From Myxococcota bacterium (lineage in GTDB: Bacteria; Myxococcota_A; UBA9042; PHBI01; JAWLBL01): a DNA stretch of 64,000 nt. The stretch is taken from positions 36,382 through 100,381 of the forward strand of contig JAWLBL010000005.1 in the NCBI GenBank assembly GCA_041687695.1, read 5' to 3'. Below, piece by piece: positions 17,582 through 28,034 of the stretch. The position numbers and the translations under genes are program-made. Each line of letters begins with the position of its first letter. The stretch's first letter is position 1. The notes under the pieces were generated by a model that made no database searches, was not told the origin of the DNA, and was given only the letters and a program-made list of their open reading frames with translations.

Positions 17582-18634
17582 ATGCGGATCTGGAAGGGCC
17601 TGGTGGGCCGGTGCGTGGGGTTGGGGCTGGTGGCCAGCGTGGCGCTGGTCGGGTGCGACGACGGGTCGCAGGCCGGCGTGGGCGGGACCGCGGACGTGAT
17701 CGCGGACGTGGACGCGGCGGGCGGCGGCGACGGTGCCGGCTCGGAGGACGCCGAGGGCGACGCCGCGGCCGAGCAGGACGTGCCGGCCGAGGACGACGTC
17801 GCGGTCGAGCAGGACGTGCCGGCCGAGGAAGACGTCGCGGCCGAGCAGGACGTGCCGGCCGAGCAGGACGTGCCGGGCCAGGAGGACGCGACGGTCGTGG
17901 ACGCGACGGAGGACGTCGGCCCGATCGAGGACGTGCCGGCCGAGCAGGACGTGCCGGCCGAGCAGGACGTGCCGGTCGAGCAGGACGTGCCGGCCGAGCA
18001 GGACGTCACGGCCAGCGAGGACACGATGGTCGACGCGGGGCCGGTCGTGCTGCCGAGCGCCTGCGACGGCAACCCGGCGTGTCCAGAGACCAGCGACGGC
18101 CTGCCGGACGTGGCCATCGTGAAGGCGGCGGGCGTGCCGCCGACGCTGACGGGCGGGCCCGTCCCGGCGGGTCACTACATTCTGACGGGCGTGGACCTGT
18201 ACCTGGCGCACGCGTCGTCGTTCGCGGCGTCGCTGGTCGAGGTCAGCAGCCAGGGCGACACCTACGGCTCGACGCTGTTCTGCGCGGACTCGCTGGCGCT
18301 GAGCGCCAACCTGGACATCCTGTTCAGCATCGCGGCGCTGGGACAGAACCTGGACTTCGCGCAGGGCATCTTCGGCGGCGGCACCTTCACCGTGCAGGGC
18401 GGGGCGCTGGCGACCGACATCCTGGAGTGCTACGACGGCAACAACCCGCCGGACTTCCCGCTGCCCGAGACCTACGCCTACCAGACCGGGGGCGGTGAGC
18501 TCGTGATGGAGATCATCATCCCCAGCCAGACGCTCAAGGACCTCGTCGCCGAAAACGCTCCGCTGGCCAGCAGCTTCGTTGCGGACGCCAAGGACCTACA
18601 CATTCACCTGAAGTTCTCGGCGGCGGTCGAGTAG
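17582..18634 (+). CDS. putative lipoprotein with acidic EQDVPA repeats
   Basis: MRIWKG...ALVGC lipobox; 18-bp repeats gccgagcaggacgtgccg at about 17765-18010. Confidence 0.75.
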   Translation: MRIWKGLVGRCVGLGLVASVALVGCDDGSQAGVGGTADVIADVDAAGGGDGAGSEDAEGDAAAEQDVPAEDDVAVEQDVPAEEDVAAEQDVPAEQDVPGQEDATVVDATEDVGPIEDVPAEQDVPAEQDVPVEQDVPAEQDVTASEDTMVDAGPVVLPSACDGNPACPETSDGLPDVAIVKAAGVPPTLTGGPVPAGHYILTGVDLYLAHASSFAASLVEVSSQGDTYGSTLFCADSLALSANLDILFSIAALGQNLDFAQGIFGGGTFTVQGGALATDILECYDGNNPPDFPLPETYAYQTGGGELVMEIIIPSQTLKDLVAENAPLASSFVADAKDLHIHLKFSAAVE

Positions 18635-19045
18635 CGCCGCAGCCGAGCCTAGCAGGCTCCACATGCTTCGGTCTCGATGCGTGCTGGCTGACGTGGCCGG
18701 GGCCGAGGTCACCAGTTGCACCGAGCCCCCAGCACCAGCAAGCACGAGTCGGTGCAGGACCGGGTCGACCTCGTCCCGCGAGCGGCCCGGTCCCCTGACT
18801 CATGCCTATGCCGATCCTCCTCTGCTTCGCCTCATCGAGGGCCCGCGACTCGGCTCAGGCTCATGTCGATGCTGGTCAGTGCTTTGCCAGTTCCCCCGCA
18901 TTCGCCTGACGAGCAACGCCGGGGCGTGGCCCTGGGCGGCTGGACCTCAGCCGCCACCGCTGTGATCGGCCTATGGTCAGGGAGCCGCTTCTCCCAGCGC
19001 GCGGTTCATGATAGGTCTCTCCAACCTGCTATCGATGGAGAAGTC

Positions 19046-21823
19046 ATGAGCCATTGCTTCCGCACACGGCTTGCCTCCGCGTTCGCCGTCCTTTCGCTCG
19101 CGCCGGCCTGTGGATGGGACGATCTCTCCGTCTACGCCGAGGTTGATTCAGAACCGCTCGAGACCGATGTCGGGCCGCGTGGGGAAGTCTCGAAGGAGCA
19201 CGATGCCGCACTGGACTGCACTCACCTGGACGAGCCGTGCCGGTTGGGTGCATGGGACGAATCAGCCAACTATTGCAGGTCGGTGAGCAAGAGCGATGGC
19301 ACCGCGTGCGACGACGAGAACGCTTGCACGCTCACAGATGCTTGCTTAGCAGGCGTCTGCACCGGGTCGGATCCGTTGCCCTGCACCTCGGAGTATCCGT
19401 GCAATCAGCCTGGCGCTTGTGATCCCGCGACTGGCACGTGCACCAGCGTTCCATTAGAGGATGGTGCCGAGTGCGACGACGGTGATCCCTGTACCGACTC
19501 CGAGGAGTGCATCGCTGGAGCTTGTGTCGGCCAACCCTTGGCGTGCGATGATCAAGTAGCCTGTACGGCCGACAGCTGCGATCCGCAGGGAGGCGGATGC
19601 GTTCACGACGCGACCGGCTGCGAGTGCTCGACCGACGAGCAATGCGATGACAGCAACCCGTGTAACGGGACCGAGACCTGCGACGCTACGAGTGGGACAT
19701 GTGTCGTGGGCGCCGCAGTGAGCTGCGAGATGCTCGACGATGCGTGCAACGTGGGCGTCTGCCTCGCCGCAAGCGGCGAGTGCGTCAAAGAACCTCGTGC
19801 CGATGGTCTGGCCTGTGACGATGATGATCCCTGTACCGTGTTCGATGGCTGCGCCATGGGGGTCTGTGAAGGCGAGCCAACGAACTGCGACGACGGCGTC
19901 GCGTGTACAGCCGATAGTTGCGATGTAACCACGGGAGTGTGCATCCACGACACCGCCGGCTGCGAGTGCACCGATGACGCGCATTGCGACGACGGGAACC
20001 CCTGCAACGGTGTCGAGTCTTGTGCGACCGACGAAGGGCACTGCGCGCCTGGGGCCGCTGTGCAGTGCGAGCATCTGGATGACGACTGCAACCTAGGCTT
20101 CTGTGATAGCGCGACCGGAGGGTGCGTCCAGACGCCGCGGGAGGACGGATGGGGCTGCGACGATGGAAACGCCTGCACACAATCCGACACGTGCGTCGAC
20201 GGCATCTGCATGGGCGCCGAGCCGAAACCGTGTCCTGCAGTGAGCCAGTGCCACGGCACTGGTACCTGTGACCCGTCGGACGGACAGTGTTCGGCTCCGA
20301 AACTCGCCGATGGAGTCCCCTGTGACGATGACGACCCATGTACGACGAGCGACCAATGTCAGGCAGGTGCTTGTGTTGGCGGCGCTCCGCCGATCGATAG
20401 CACTGGGGACTGGACCATAGGGATGGGCGGGAGCGGAGATGACACTATCAGAGGCCTCGCTCTCGACCCCAATGGGAATATTTTCGCCATTGGGGACTAC
20501 AGCAGCGCGACGATGACCATGGGGGTTTTCGGATCCGGTAACAATGCGATGTTGACCAAGCTAGCCAGTCAAGCCGCGGCTGGGTTCGTCCTGCAGTATT
20601 CTCTGACAGGACATGTTGTCTCGGCCCGCCGGGTGGCGGGTAGCGCGACCAGCCTCTCCCTCTATGGCATTGACTTGCTTCCCGATGGCTCGCGAGCCAT
20701 CGTCGGCACAGCGGACGGCGCGACTACGCTGGGTTCCGGCAGTTCATCCAGTAGCATCGGTGATGGCACGAGCGTCATGTTCGCCTCTCGGCTTAGCATT
20801 GCTGACGCGCTCATCTGGGCGGGCACTGGACAGGGCGCGCTGCCGCTCACCGTCTCGGCATCGCCCACGTCCGTGTACTGGTCGGGCATCAACGCGGCCG
20901 GTTCCGATTCCGTCTTCGACGTGGGTGATGGGACGACCAGTAGCCTCCCTGTGGGAAGCAGTGGCTTCGTCGCCAGCACCAACTCCGTCGGTGGGCTGCT
21001 GGCCTGGACCGCACCGATTCAGACGAGTGGCTTCGGCGCGCTTCTGACGGACACAGCCGTGTTACCCGATGGCGGCTTGGTGGTCGCGGGCAACTTCTGC
21101 AAGACCTCCGTCTTCGGTACCGGTCTTGCAGCTGTGAGCCTCAGCCCGACTGGACAATGCGACGGGCTCGCCGCCAGGTACGCGGGCGACGGTACCCTCG
21201 TATGGGTTAGGAGCATCGGCGGGCCCACGGACGCCTTCGCTACCAGCGTCGCCGTGCTTGGCGGAGATGCCATCGCCGTCGGGGGTATGGTCACGGGAGC
21301 GGCGAGGGTGGCTGCACCGGAGGGTCAGCTTGCGGTACTACCAGACGGAGTCTCAGACGACGCCGACGCCATTGTGGTGGCGTTCGACTTGGACGGCAAC
21401 GTACTATGGTCCGACCGAGGCGTAGGAACGGGACCAAGCTGGCTCTACGACCTGGCGTCACGCGGCGGACGCGTCAGCGCAGTTGGTTCCGTGAGCGGTG
21501 TAGCGGATTTCGGATCGGGCTCGGCCAAAGGGCTCGTCACCGAGCCGGACAGTTCGGGTGAGCCTTCGCTCTTCGCCCTCCAGTACACCGACTCGGGTCA
21601 GCTGTTGTGGGCCGCCAAAGTCAGTGGGCCCGGCGAGGTCAGCGTCGCCGTGACTGAGTCTCCACGGGTCGCGACGCACGAAGGCGGAGCAGTGACGATG
21701 AGCGGAAACTTCAGAAAAACCACCACCTTAGGCTCAACAACCAAGAACTCGTTCGCGCCCAAGGGTGGGAGCGACATGTTCTTGCTACACGTCAACTCGG
21801 CTGATGGACTGCAATGCCAATAG
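19046..21823 (+). CDS. Cys-rich repeat (CDDGNxCT, Dictyostelium/myxobacterial type) lipoprotein with C-terminal beta-propeller
   Basis: LAPAC lipobox; many CDDxxxCT repeats; C-terminal GxxxW / D-x-F repeats; GGAG RBS. Confidence 0.8.
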   Translation: MSHCFRTRLASAFAVLSLAPACGWDDLSVYAEVDSEPLETDVGPRGEVSKEHDAALDCTHLDEPCRLGAWDESANYCRSVSKSDGTACDDENACTLTDACLAGVCTGSDPLPCTSEYPCNQPGACDPATGTCTSVPLEDGAECDDGDPCTDSEECIAGACVGQPLACDDQVACTADSCDPQGGGCVHDATGCECSTDEQCDDSNPCNGTETCDATSGTCVVGAAVSCEMLDDACNVGVCLAASGECVKEPRADGLACDDDDPCTVFDGCAMGVCEGEPTNCDDGVACTADSCDVTTGVCIHDTAGCECTDDAHCDDGNPCNGVESCATDEGHCAPGAAVQCEHLDDDCNLGFCDSATGGCVQTPREDGWGCDDGNACTQSDTCVDGICMGAEPKPCPAVSQCHGTGTCDPSDGQCSAPKLADGVPCDDDDPCTTSDQCQAGACVGGAPPIDSTGDWTIGMGGSGDDTIRGLALDPNGNIFAIGDYSSATMTMGVFGSGNNAMLTKLASQAAAGFVLQYSLTGHVVSARRVAGSATSLSLYGIDLLPDGSRAIVGTADGATTLGSGSSSSSIGDGTSVMFASRLSIADALIWAGTGQGALPLTVSASPTSVYWSGINAAGSDSVFDVGDGTTSSLPVGSSGFVASTNSVGGLLAWTAPIQTSGFGALLTDTAVLPDGGLVVAGNFCKTSVFGTGLAAVSLSPTGQCDGLAARYAGDGTLVWVRSIGGPTDAFATSVAVLGGDAIAVGGMVTGAARVAAPEGQLAVLPDGVSDDADAIVVAFDLDGNVLWSDRGVGTGPSWLYDLASRGGRVSAVGSVSGVADFGSGSAKGLVTEPDSSGEPSLFALQYTDSGQLLWAAKVSGPGEVSVAVTESPRVATHEGGAVTMSGNFRKTTTLGSTTKNSFAPKGGSDMFLLHVNSADGLQCQ

Positions 21824-22054
21824 CGTATCGCCGCCGATCGTGGCTCGAGGGAAGCTCGTAATGTGGATCTCACGCGTCCCATGGGTGTCGCGAGGTGGCT
21901 TGAGGTGCGGAGGAATCCGGCCCGAAACCGTCGCCTCGGGACGGTGCGGATTGACACTGCTGCGGGCCGATGGGTAGCGTCCGGGCACGCGCGCGGTCGG
22001 AGGGCTATGGAGTCGTCGGCCGAGCCGTGAACGCAAGGCTGGGCAGGTGCGGCG

Positions 22055-25000
22055 ATGAAGCGGTGGACCCTCGTGCGGACGATGCGGTCGGGGCGGTTCG
22101 GGGCGGCGGTCTGGGCGCTCGGCGCGGTGGCGCTGGCGGTGGGCTGCGGGGACCTGGTGATCGCCGAAGGCACCAACGACGGGGGCGTCGTGGACGTCGT
22201 GCCCGACGCGGGGTCGGACGAAGGCAAGGAGCCGACGACCTGCGAGTTCGGCAACGACTCGGAGTGCGACGACGGGGACTCCTGCACGACCGACCGGTGC
22301 CTGTCGACCGGGGTGTGCTCGAGCACGCCGCGCGAGGGCGTGTGCAAGGTCGACGGGGTGTGCTGGGACGACGGGGCGAGCGCGCCCGGGTCCGTGTGCC
22401 AGGTGTGCGACACGAGCAAGGCCGTCAACGCCTGGACGCCCGTGGTCTGCGACGACGGCGACCCCTGCACCGACGGCAAGTGCGACGCGCAGTCGGGGTG
22501 CTTCCACGTGGCGGCGGCCGATGAGACGCCCTGCGACGACGGGGTCGCGTGCACGACCGACGACCGGTGCGTGGGCGGACAGTGCGTGGCGACGCCGTGC
22601 GGGTGCGGGGGCGACGACGGCGAGTGCGAGGGCAAGGTCGCGCTGGAGGCGTGCCAGCGGGCGGCGTGCGTCGAGGACGCGTGCGTGGCCGTGGCGGACG
22701 CGAGCAAGGACGGCAAGGCGTGCCAGGGCGGGGACCTGTGCGTGACGGGCGAGACGTGCCTGGAGGGCGTGTGCCAGGGCGGCGCGGCGGTGGCGTGCGA
22801 GCAGGAGGGGGCCGAGGTCTGCCAGGTGATGACCTGCAACCTCGAAAGCGGCGAGTGCGAGCCGGTGGACGCGCCAGACGACGAGGCCTGCGATCCGGGG
22901 GACCCGTGCATCGTGGAGGCGACGTGCCAGGAGGGCGAGTGCGTCGGGGCGGCCGTGGACTGCTCGGAGCTGAACGGGCCGTGCGCGACCGGCGTGTGCG
23001 AAGGGGGCAGCTGCGAGGTCGCGCTGACGGCCGAGGGGCAGAGCTGCGTACCGGCGGACGAGTGCGTCATCGAGGCGACGTGCACGGCGAGCGGGAGCTG
23101 CGTGGGCAAATGGGACGTCGACAACTGCGCGTGCGTCACCGCCGAGGACTGCGACGACGGGCAGGTGTGCACGATCGACGGCTGCGACGGCGGGGGGGTG
23201 TGCCAGTACGAGCCGGTGGCGGTCGAGGCCGGGAGCGTCGGCGGGGCCGAGACGGTGTGCCCGGGGGCGACGCCGGCGGGGCTGACGTCGGTGGCTGGGG
23301 CGTCGGGCGGCGTGGGCGAGTGGACCTATCAATGGCAGAGCAGCGCCGACGGTGAGGGCTGGGCGGCGCTCGAGGGCGCGACGGGTGAGGGGTACGCGCC
23401 GGGGGCGCTGACGGCGACGACGTGGTTCCGGCGGCAGGCCGTGAACCAGTGCGCGACCGTGGCGAGCGAGCCGGTGGTCGTGACGGTGGCCGAGGCGATG
23501 GAGGCGGGCAGCATCGGGGAGGACCAGACGCTGTGCCCGGGGGAGACGGCGGCGGTGCTGGCGTCGGTGGCGCCGGCGAGCGGCGGGATCGGGGCGGTGG
23601 CCTACGCGTGGGAGTCGCGGGCTCCGGGTGGGGCGTGGGCGCCCATCGCGGGGGCGACGGGCGAGACGTACGCGCCGGGGGCGCCGGCGGTGACGACCGA
23701 GTATCGGCGGCGGGCCAGCGGGGACTGCGGCAGCGTGACTTCGAACGCGGTGACGGTGACGGTGCAGCCGACGCTCGAGCCGGGGAGCATTGGCGGCGGG
23801 CAGGCGCTGTGCCAGGGGGCGACGCCGGCGGGGCTGACGTCGGCGGCCGGGGCCTCGGGCGGCGCGGGCAGCATCGGATACCAGTGGCAGCAGCGGGCGC
23901 CGGCCGGGGCGTGGCAGGACGTGGCGGGCGCGACCGGGGCGACGTACGCGCCCGAGAGCGTGGCCGCGACGACCGAGTTCCGGCGGCTGGCGGTGGACGG
24001 GTGCGGGTCGGCGCCGTCGAACGTGGTGACGGTGACGGTGGCCGAGGCGCTCGAGGCGGGGGCGGTCGGAGGCGGGCAGACCATCTGCCAGGGCGCGAAC
24101 GCGGCGGCGCTGTCGTCGGCGGAGGCGGCGAGCGGCGGCCTGGGGACGGTGCTGTACCAGTGGGAGTCGCGGGCGCCGGAGGGCGCGTGGGCGGCCATCG
24201 GCGGGGCTACTGGGGCGACGTATGCGCCGGGCGCGGTGGGGGAGACCACCGAGTATCGGCGTCGGGCCAGCAACGACTGCGGCGAGGCGGTGTCGAACGC
24301 GGTGACGGTCGCGGTGGACCCGGCCTTCGACGCGGGCAGCGTGGGCGGTGACCAGGCGGTGTGTCACGGGGCGACGCCGGCCGGGCTGACGTCCTCGGCG
24401 GGGGCGACGGGCGGCAGCGGGGCGAGCACCTATCAGTGGCAGGCGCGCCAGAGCGGGCAGACCAGCTGGGCGAACGTGGCCGGGGCGACCGGGGCGACCC
24501 ATCAGCCGGGGGCGGCGACGGTGACGACCGAGTACCGGCGCGGGGCGACGAACAGCTGCGGCAGCGGGCACTCGAACGTGGTGACGGTCTCGGTGCACGG
24601 GGCGCTGTCGGCGGGGACGCCCAGCGGGTCGCAGACGATCTGCCACGGGGCGACGCCCAGCCAGCTGACGGTGTCGGCGCCCAGCGGCGGCAGCGGGGGC
24701 TTCACCTTCCAGTGGCAGTCCAGCCCGAACGGCAGCACGTGGAGCGACATCGCGGGGGCCACGGGGGCCAGCTACCAGCCCGGAGCCCTGACGGCGAACA
24801 CGCAGTATCGGCGGGTGGCGACCAACGGCTGCGGGTCGGTCGAGTCGGCCAGCATCGCCATCGCCGTGCACGGCGCGCTAAACGCGGGCAGCGTGTCGGC
24901 CAACCAGTCGATCTGCAGCGGGGCCAAGCCGGCCGCGCTGACCGGGTCGTCGCCGTCGGGCGGCAGCGGATCGTTCAGCTATCAGTGGCAGTCCAGCACC

Positions 25001-25732
25001 AACGGGACCAGCTGGTCGAACGTGTCGGGGGCGACGAGCAGCAGCTACGCGCCCGGCGCGCTGACGACGACGACGCAGTTCCGGCGGGTGGCCAGCAACA
25101 GCTGCGGGTCGGCGACGTCGAACGCGGTGACGGTCACGGTCGCCAGCGGGCTGACGGCGGGCGGCATCGGCAACCCGCAGTCGATCTGCTACGGCGGCAA
25201 CCCCAGCGCGCTGTCCAGCACCAGCTCGGCCTCGGGGGGCCTGGGCAACATCACCTACCAGTGGCAGCAGCGCCCGTCGGGCGGCAGCTGGTCGAACATC
25301 TCGGGCGCGACGAGCACGACCTACAACCCGGGCGTGCTGACGACGACGACCGAGTACCGGCGGCAGGCCTCGAACACCTGCGGCACCGTGACCAGCAACA
25401 CGGTCACGGTGACGGTCGCGCCGAAGCTCGACGGCGGCGCCATCGGCTACGACCAGTGGGTCTGCCCCGGCGGCACGACCTCGACGTTCACCAACGTGAC
25501 GTCGGCCAGCGGCGGGTCGGGCAGCATCGCCTACCAGTGGCAGCGCCGGCAGGGCACCAACGCCTGGGAGAACATCTCGGGCGCGACCAGCGCGACCTAC
25601 AAGCCGTCGAACCTGCCCTACGAGTACCGTCGAGCCGCGTCGAACTCCTGCGGGACGGCGTACTCGAACACGGTCAAGGTCGAGCTGTTGCCGTACGATA
25701 TCTGCAACCCGTGCAACCCCATCTGCCCCTGA
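22055..25732 (+). CDS. large surface lipoprotein/adhesin: Cys-rich repeats plus nine ~93-aa Ig-like repeats
   Basis: ALAVGC lipobox; repeats of the form QxxC...YQWQ...W..I.GAT...Y.PG.LT.TT.YRR.A...CG...SN.VTVTV. Confidence 0.85.
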   Translation: MKRWTLVRTMRSGRFGAAVWALGAVALAVGCGDLVIAEGTNDGGVVDVVPDAGSDEGKEPTTCEFGNDSECDDGDSCTTDRCLSTGVCSSTPREGVCKVDGVCWDDGASAPGSVCQVCDTSKAVNAWTPVVCDDGDPCTDGKCDAQSGCFHVAAADETPCDDGVACTTDDRCVGGQCVATPCGCGGDDGECEGKVALEACQRAACVEDACVAVADASKDGKACQGGDLCVTGETCLEGVCQGGAAVACEQEGAEVCQVMTCNLESGECEPVDAPDDEACDPGDPCIVEATCQEGECVGAAVDCSELNGPCATGVCEGGSCEVALTAEGQSCVPADECVIEATCTASGSCVGKWDVDNCACVTAEDCDDGQVCTIDGCDGGGVCQYEPVAVEAGSVGGAETVCPGATPAGLTSVAGASGGVGEWTYQWQSSADGEGWAALEGATGEGYAPGALTATTWFRRQAVNQCATVASEPVVVTVAEAMEAGSIGEDQTLCPGETAAVLASVAPASGGIGAVAYAWESRAPGGAWAPIAGATGETYAPGAPAVTTEYRRRASGDCGSVTSNAVTVTVQPTLEPGSIGGGQALCQGATPAGLTSAAGASGGAGSIGYQWQQRAPAGAWQDVAGATGATYAPESVAATTEFRRLAVDGCGSAPSNVVTVTVAEALEAGAVGGGQTICQGANAAALSSAEAASGGLGTVLYQWESRAPEGAWAAIGGATGATYAPGAVGETTEYRRRASNDCGEAVSNAVTVAVDPAFDAGSVGGDQAVCHGATPAGLTSSAGATGGSGASTYQWQARQSGQTSWANVAGATGATHQPGAATVTTEYRRGATNSCGSGHSNVVTVSVHGALSAGTPSGSQTICHGATPSQLTVSAPSGGSGGFTFQWQSSPNGSTWSDIAGATGASYQPGALTANTQYRRVATNGCGSVESASIAIAVHGALNAGSVSANQSICSGAKPAALTGSSPSGGSGSFSYQWQSSTNGTSWSNVSGATSSSYAPGALTTTTQFRRVASNSCGSATSNAVTVTVASGLTAGGIGNPQSICYGGNPSALSSTSSASGGLGNITYQWQQRPSGGSWSNISGATSTTYNPGVLTTTTEYRRQASNTCGTVTSNTVTVTVAPKLDGGAIGYDQWVCPGGTTSTFTNVTSASGGSGSIAYQWQRRQGTNAWENISGATSATYKPSNLPYEYRRAASNSCGTAYSNTVKVELLPYDICNPCNPICP

Positions 25733-25790
25733 CGGCTTCGGCGCGGCAGGCAGGCGCCACCGCGCCGCAACACGATCGCCTGGGGTGCGG

Positions 25791-25820
25791 TTGACGAGGT
25801 CCGTCAGGGTCTCTTAGGGT
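25791..25820 (+). promoter_or_regulatory. putative promoter of the tail/CIS operon
   Basis: TTGACG-18 nt-TAGGGT in the short intergenic gap. Confidence 0.35.
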
Positions 25821-25856
25821 CTGGCCTTCCAGCTTGGAGGCCGGATCCTGGACTTC

Positions 25857-26798
25857 GTGGACGCGACACTCGTGCGGCTCGCCCACCCTGCGGCGCGGGA
25901 GATGCTGGTGGGCGCGGCGGCGCTGGCGCGGGTGGCGGCGGCGGCGTACGACGCGAGCCGGCTGGCGATGGGGCCGCCCTACGAGGCGCGCTTCGACGAG
26001 GTGAGGATCGGCCAGGTGCTGCCCGCGAGCGCGCGTGGCGAGCTGCGCTGGGCGCGGGACGACGGACAGGACCGGCGCGTCGGCGGGTTCGAGGTGCACG
26101 GGCTGGGCGGCGAGGCGGACCTGGCGGTCGACTTCACGTGGCTGGGCGCGGTCGTGGCGCGGGTGGCGCCCGGCGGCGGACGGGTGGCCGCGGTCGACGT
26201 GGCGTGGCCGAGGGTCGCGGAGATCGACCAGCGCGTCGCGGAGCGGCTCGGTGCCTTGCCGAGCGGGGCGGAGGAGCGCGAGCGGGCGCGGCGCGAGGCG
26301 CTGCTGGGGCTGATGCGGGCCGAGGCGGGCGCGTCGGAGGCGGTGGACGAGGCCAGCCTCGGGCGGCTGCTGGCGCGGGCGGGGGTGGCGTCGGTGGGCG
26401 CGCTCGTCGCGTCGCGAGGGCAGGCGGCCGCGTTGCGGGTGCGCTGGGAGGCCGACGACACCGGGGCGGAGCCGGGGCCGGTGGCGCTGCCGATCGCGGC
26501 GGCCGGCCTGGTGCGTGATCCCGCGGCCGCCGGGTTCTCGCTGCGAGAGCTGCTGGCGACGAGCGCGAAGGTGCGCGCGCGCATGGGCGCGCTGGGGATC
26601 GAGCGCCCGGTCGACGAACGGCTGCCCAGACGACACGGTGCGCTGGTCCTGTGGGTCGTTCCGCGCGCGTGGTTCGACGACCCGCACTGGCCGGGCGGCG
26701 AGGAAGCCTCGGACGACGAGGCGCGCCGCCAGGCCCGCATCGAGGCCGCCAGCGCGTGGCTGAGCGCCGAAGGCATCGTCATCGTCGACGTCCCCTGA
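25857..26798 (+). CDS. hypothetical protein (first gene of the CIS operon)
   Basis: 313-aa ORF with typical codon bias; start uncertain. Confidence 0.6.
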   Translation: MDATLVRLAHPAAREMLVGAAALARVAAAAYDASRLAMGPPYEARFDEVRIGQVLPASARGELRWARDDGQDRRVGGFEVHGLGGEADLAVDFTWLGAVVARVAPGGGRVAAVDVAWPRVAEIDQRVAERLGALPSGAEERERARREALLGLMRAEAGASEAVDEASLGRLLARAGVASVGALVASRGQAAALRVRWEADDTGAEPGPVALPIAAAGLVRDPAAAGFSLRELLATSAKVRARMGALGIERPVDERLPRRHGALVLWVVPRAWFDDPHWPGGEEASDDEARRQARIEAASAWLSAEGIVIVDVP

Positions 26799-26840
26799 CC
26801 CGCGAACCCTGCCCTACCCCGAGACGCCAGGAGTGAAGCC

Positions 26841-28010
26841 GTGACATTGCCCGCCGCCTATCCCTTCGTTCAGGTCCGCGTCGACACGAGCGGACTGCAA
26901 CCGGTCGCGCAGCGCGCGCCCGGCGTCATCGCCATCGTCGGCGACACCAGCGGCGCCGGCACGGCCGCGCCCAACACCCCCTTCCGGGTCGACACCCTCG
27001 CGCAGGCCGCCGAGCTGTTCGCCACGGTGACCGCCGGGGTGGTCACCGAGACCCCGCTCTACCGATCGCTGCAGGTGGCGCTGCTGCAAAACCCCCGGCC
27101 GTCGAAGATCTACGGCGTGAGGGTGGACTCCGACGACTACGAGGCCGCTCTGGCTTCGCTCGACGCCGCGGACGACGTGACCTTCGTGGCGCTGGCCGGC
27201 GTGCCGGTCGAGGCGACCGGCGCGAGCGCGAAGCTGTCGGCGCTCAAGGCGCACTGTGAGAACAACTCGGCCGCCGGCCAGCGGCGGATCGGCGTGGCGT
27301 ACCTGGATCCCGCGATCGGCAAGTCCGCCACGCATGTGGCCGATGTGGTCACGGCGGCCTCCGGGCTCAAGAGCGACACCAGCCGCATGATCTTGGTCGC
27401 GGCCCGCGGCGCGGCCGACGGCCAGGGCGGCGCGGTCGACGTGGCCAGCGCCGCGATGGCCGCCATGGCTGGTTACGCGCCGCACATCTCGATGGTGCTC
27501 AAGCGCGTCGTGGGCTTTCGAATGCCCGTCGCGTCGCAGTATTCGCCGGCCGAGATCAACGGGCTGAGCGAGGCGAACATCATCCCCATCATCGACCCGG
27601 CGCTCGTCATGGGTGAGAGCCTGCACTTCGCCGAAGGCCGCTGCTTCACGACCGACGCCAACCTGACCTTCATCGACGTGGTCCGGACCCTGGACGACGT
27701 CGAGTTCCGGCTCAAGGCGGGGCTCATCGGGTTGGTCGGCGACGCCCGCGTCACGCGCTCGGGCCTCAACGCCGTCGTGACGACCTGCGAGGGCATCCTC
27801 GAGCCGCTCGAGCGGGCGGCGGTCATCGACGGCTTCGCGATCGACATCCCCGTGCTGCGGATCCTGAACCTGCCCGAGACGGCGCGCACCGCCGGCGAGC
27901 AGCAGACCGTCGCGGACGCGCGGGCCAACCGCCTGGTCGATCTGCTGGTATCGGTCACGCTCGGCCCCGCGGTCCACCGCCTGGTCGTCACGCTGCAACC
28001 CCGTTTCTAG
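26841..28010 (+). CDS. contractile tail sheath protein
   Basis: P.VQVRVDTSG..PV...PGVIAIVG N-terminus; YSPAEINGLSEANI.P...FIDVVRTLD...L.GL.G...V.LGPAVHRL.V C-terminal sheath core. Confidence 0.8.
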   Translation: MTLPAAYPFVQVRVDTSGLQPVAQRAPGVIAIVGDTSGAGTAAPNTPFRVDTLAQAAELFATVTAGVVTETPLYRSLQVALLQNPRPSKIYGVRVDSDDYEAALASLDAADDVTFVALAGVPVEATGASAKLSALKAHCENNSAAGQRRIGVAYLDPAIGKSATHVADVVTAASGLKSDTSRMILVAARGAADGQGGAVDVASAAMAAMAGYAPHISMVLKRVVGFRMPVASQYSPAEINGLSEANIIPIIDPALVMGESLHFAEGRCFTTDANLTFIDVVRTLDDVEFRLKAGLIGLVGDARVTRSGLNAVVTTCEGILEPLERAAVIDGFAIDIPVLRILNLPETARTAGEQQTVADARANRLVDLLVSVTLGPAVHRLVVTLQPRF

Positions 28011-28034
28011 CATCCCCCCTCGGAGGCCATCGCC

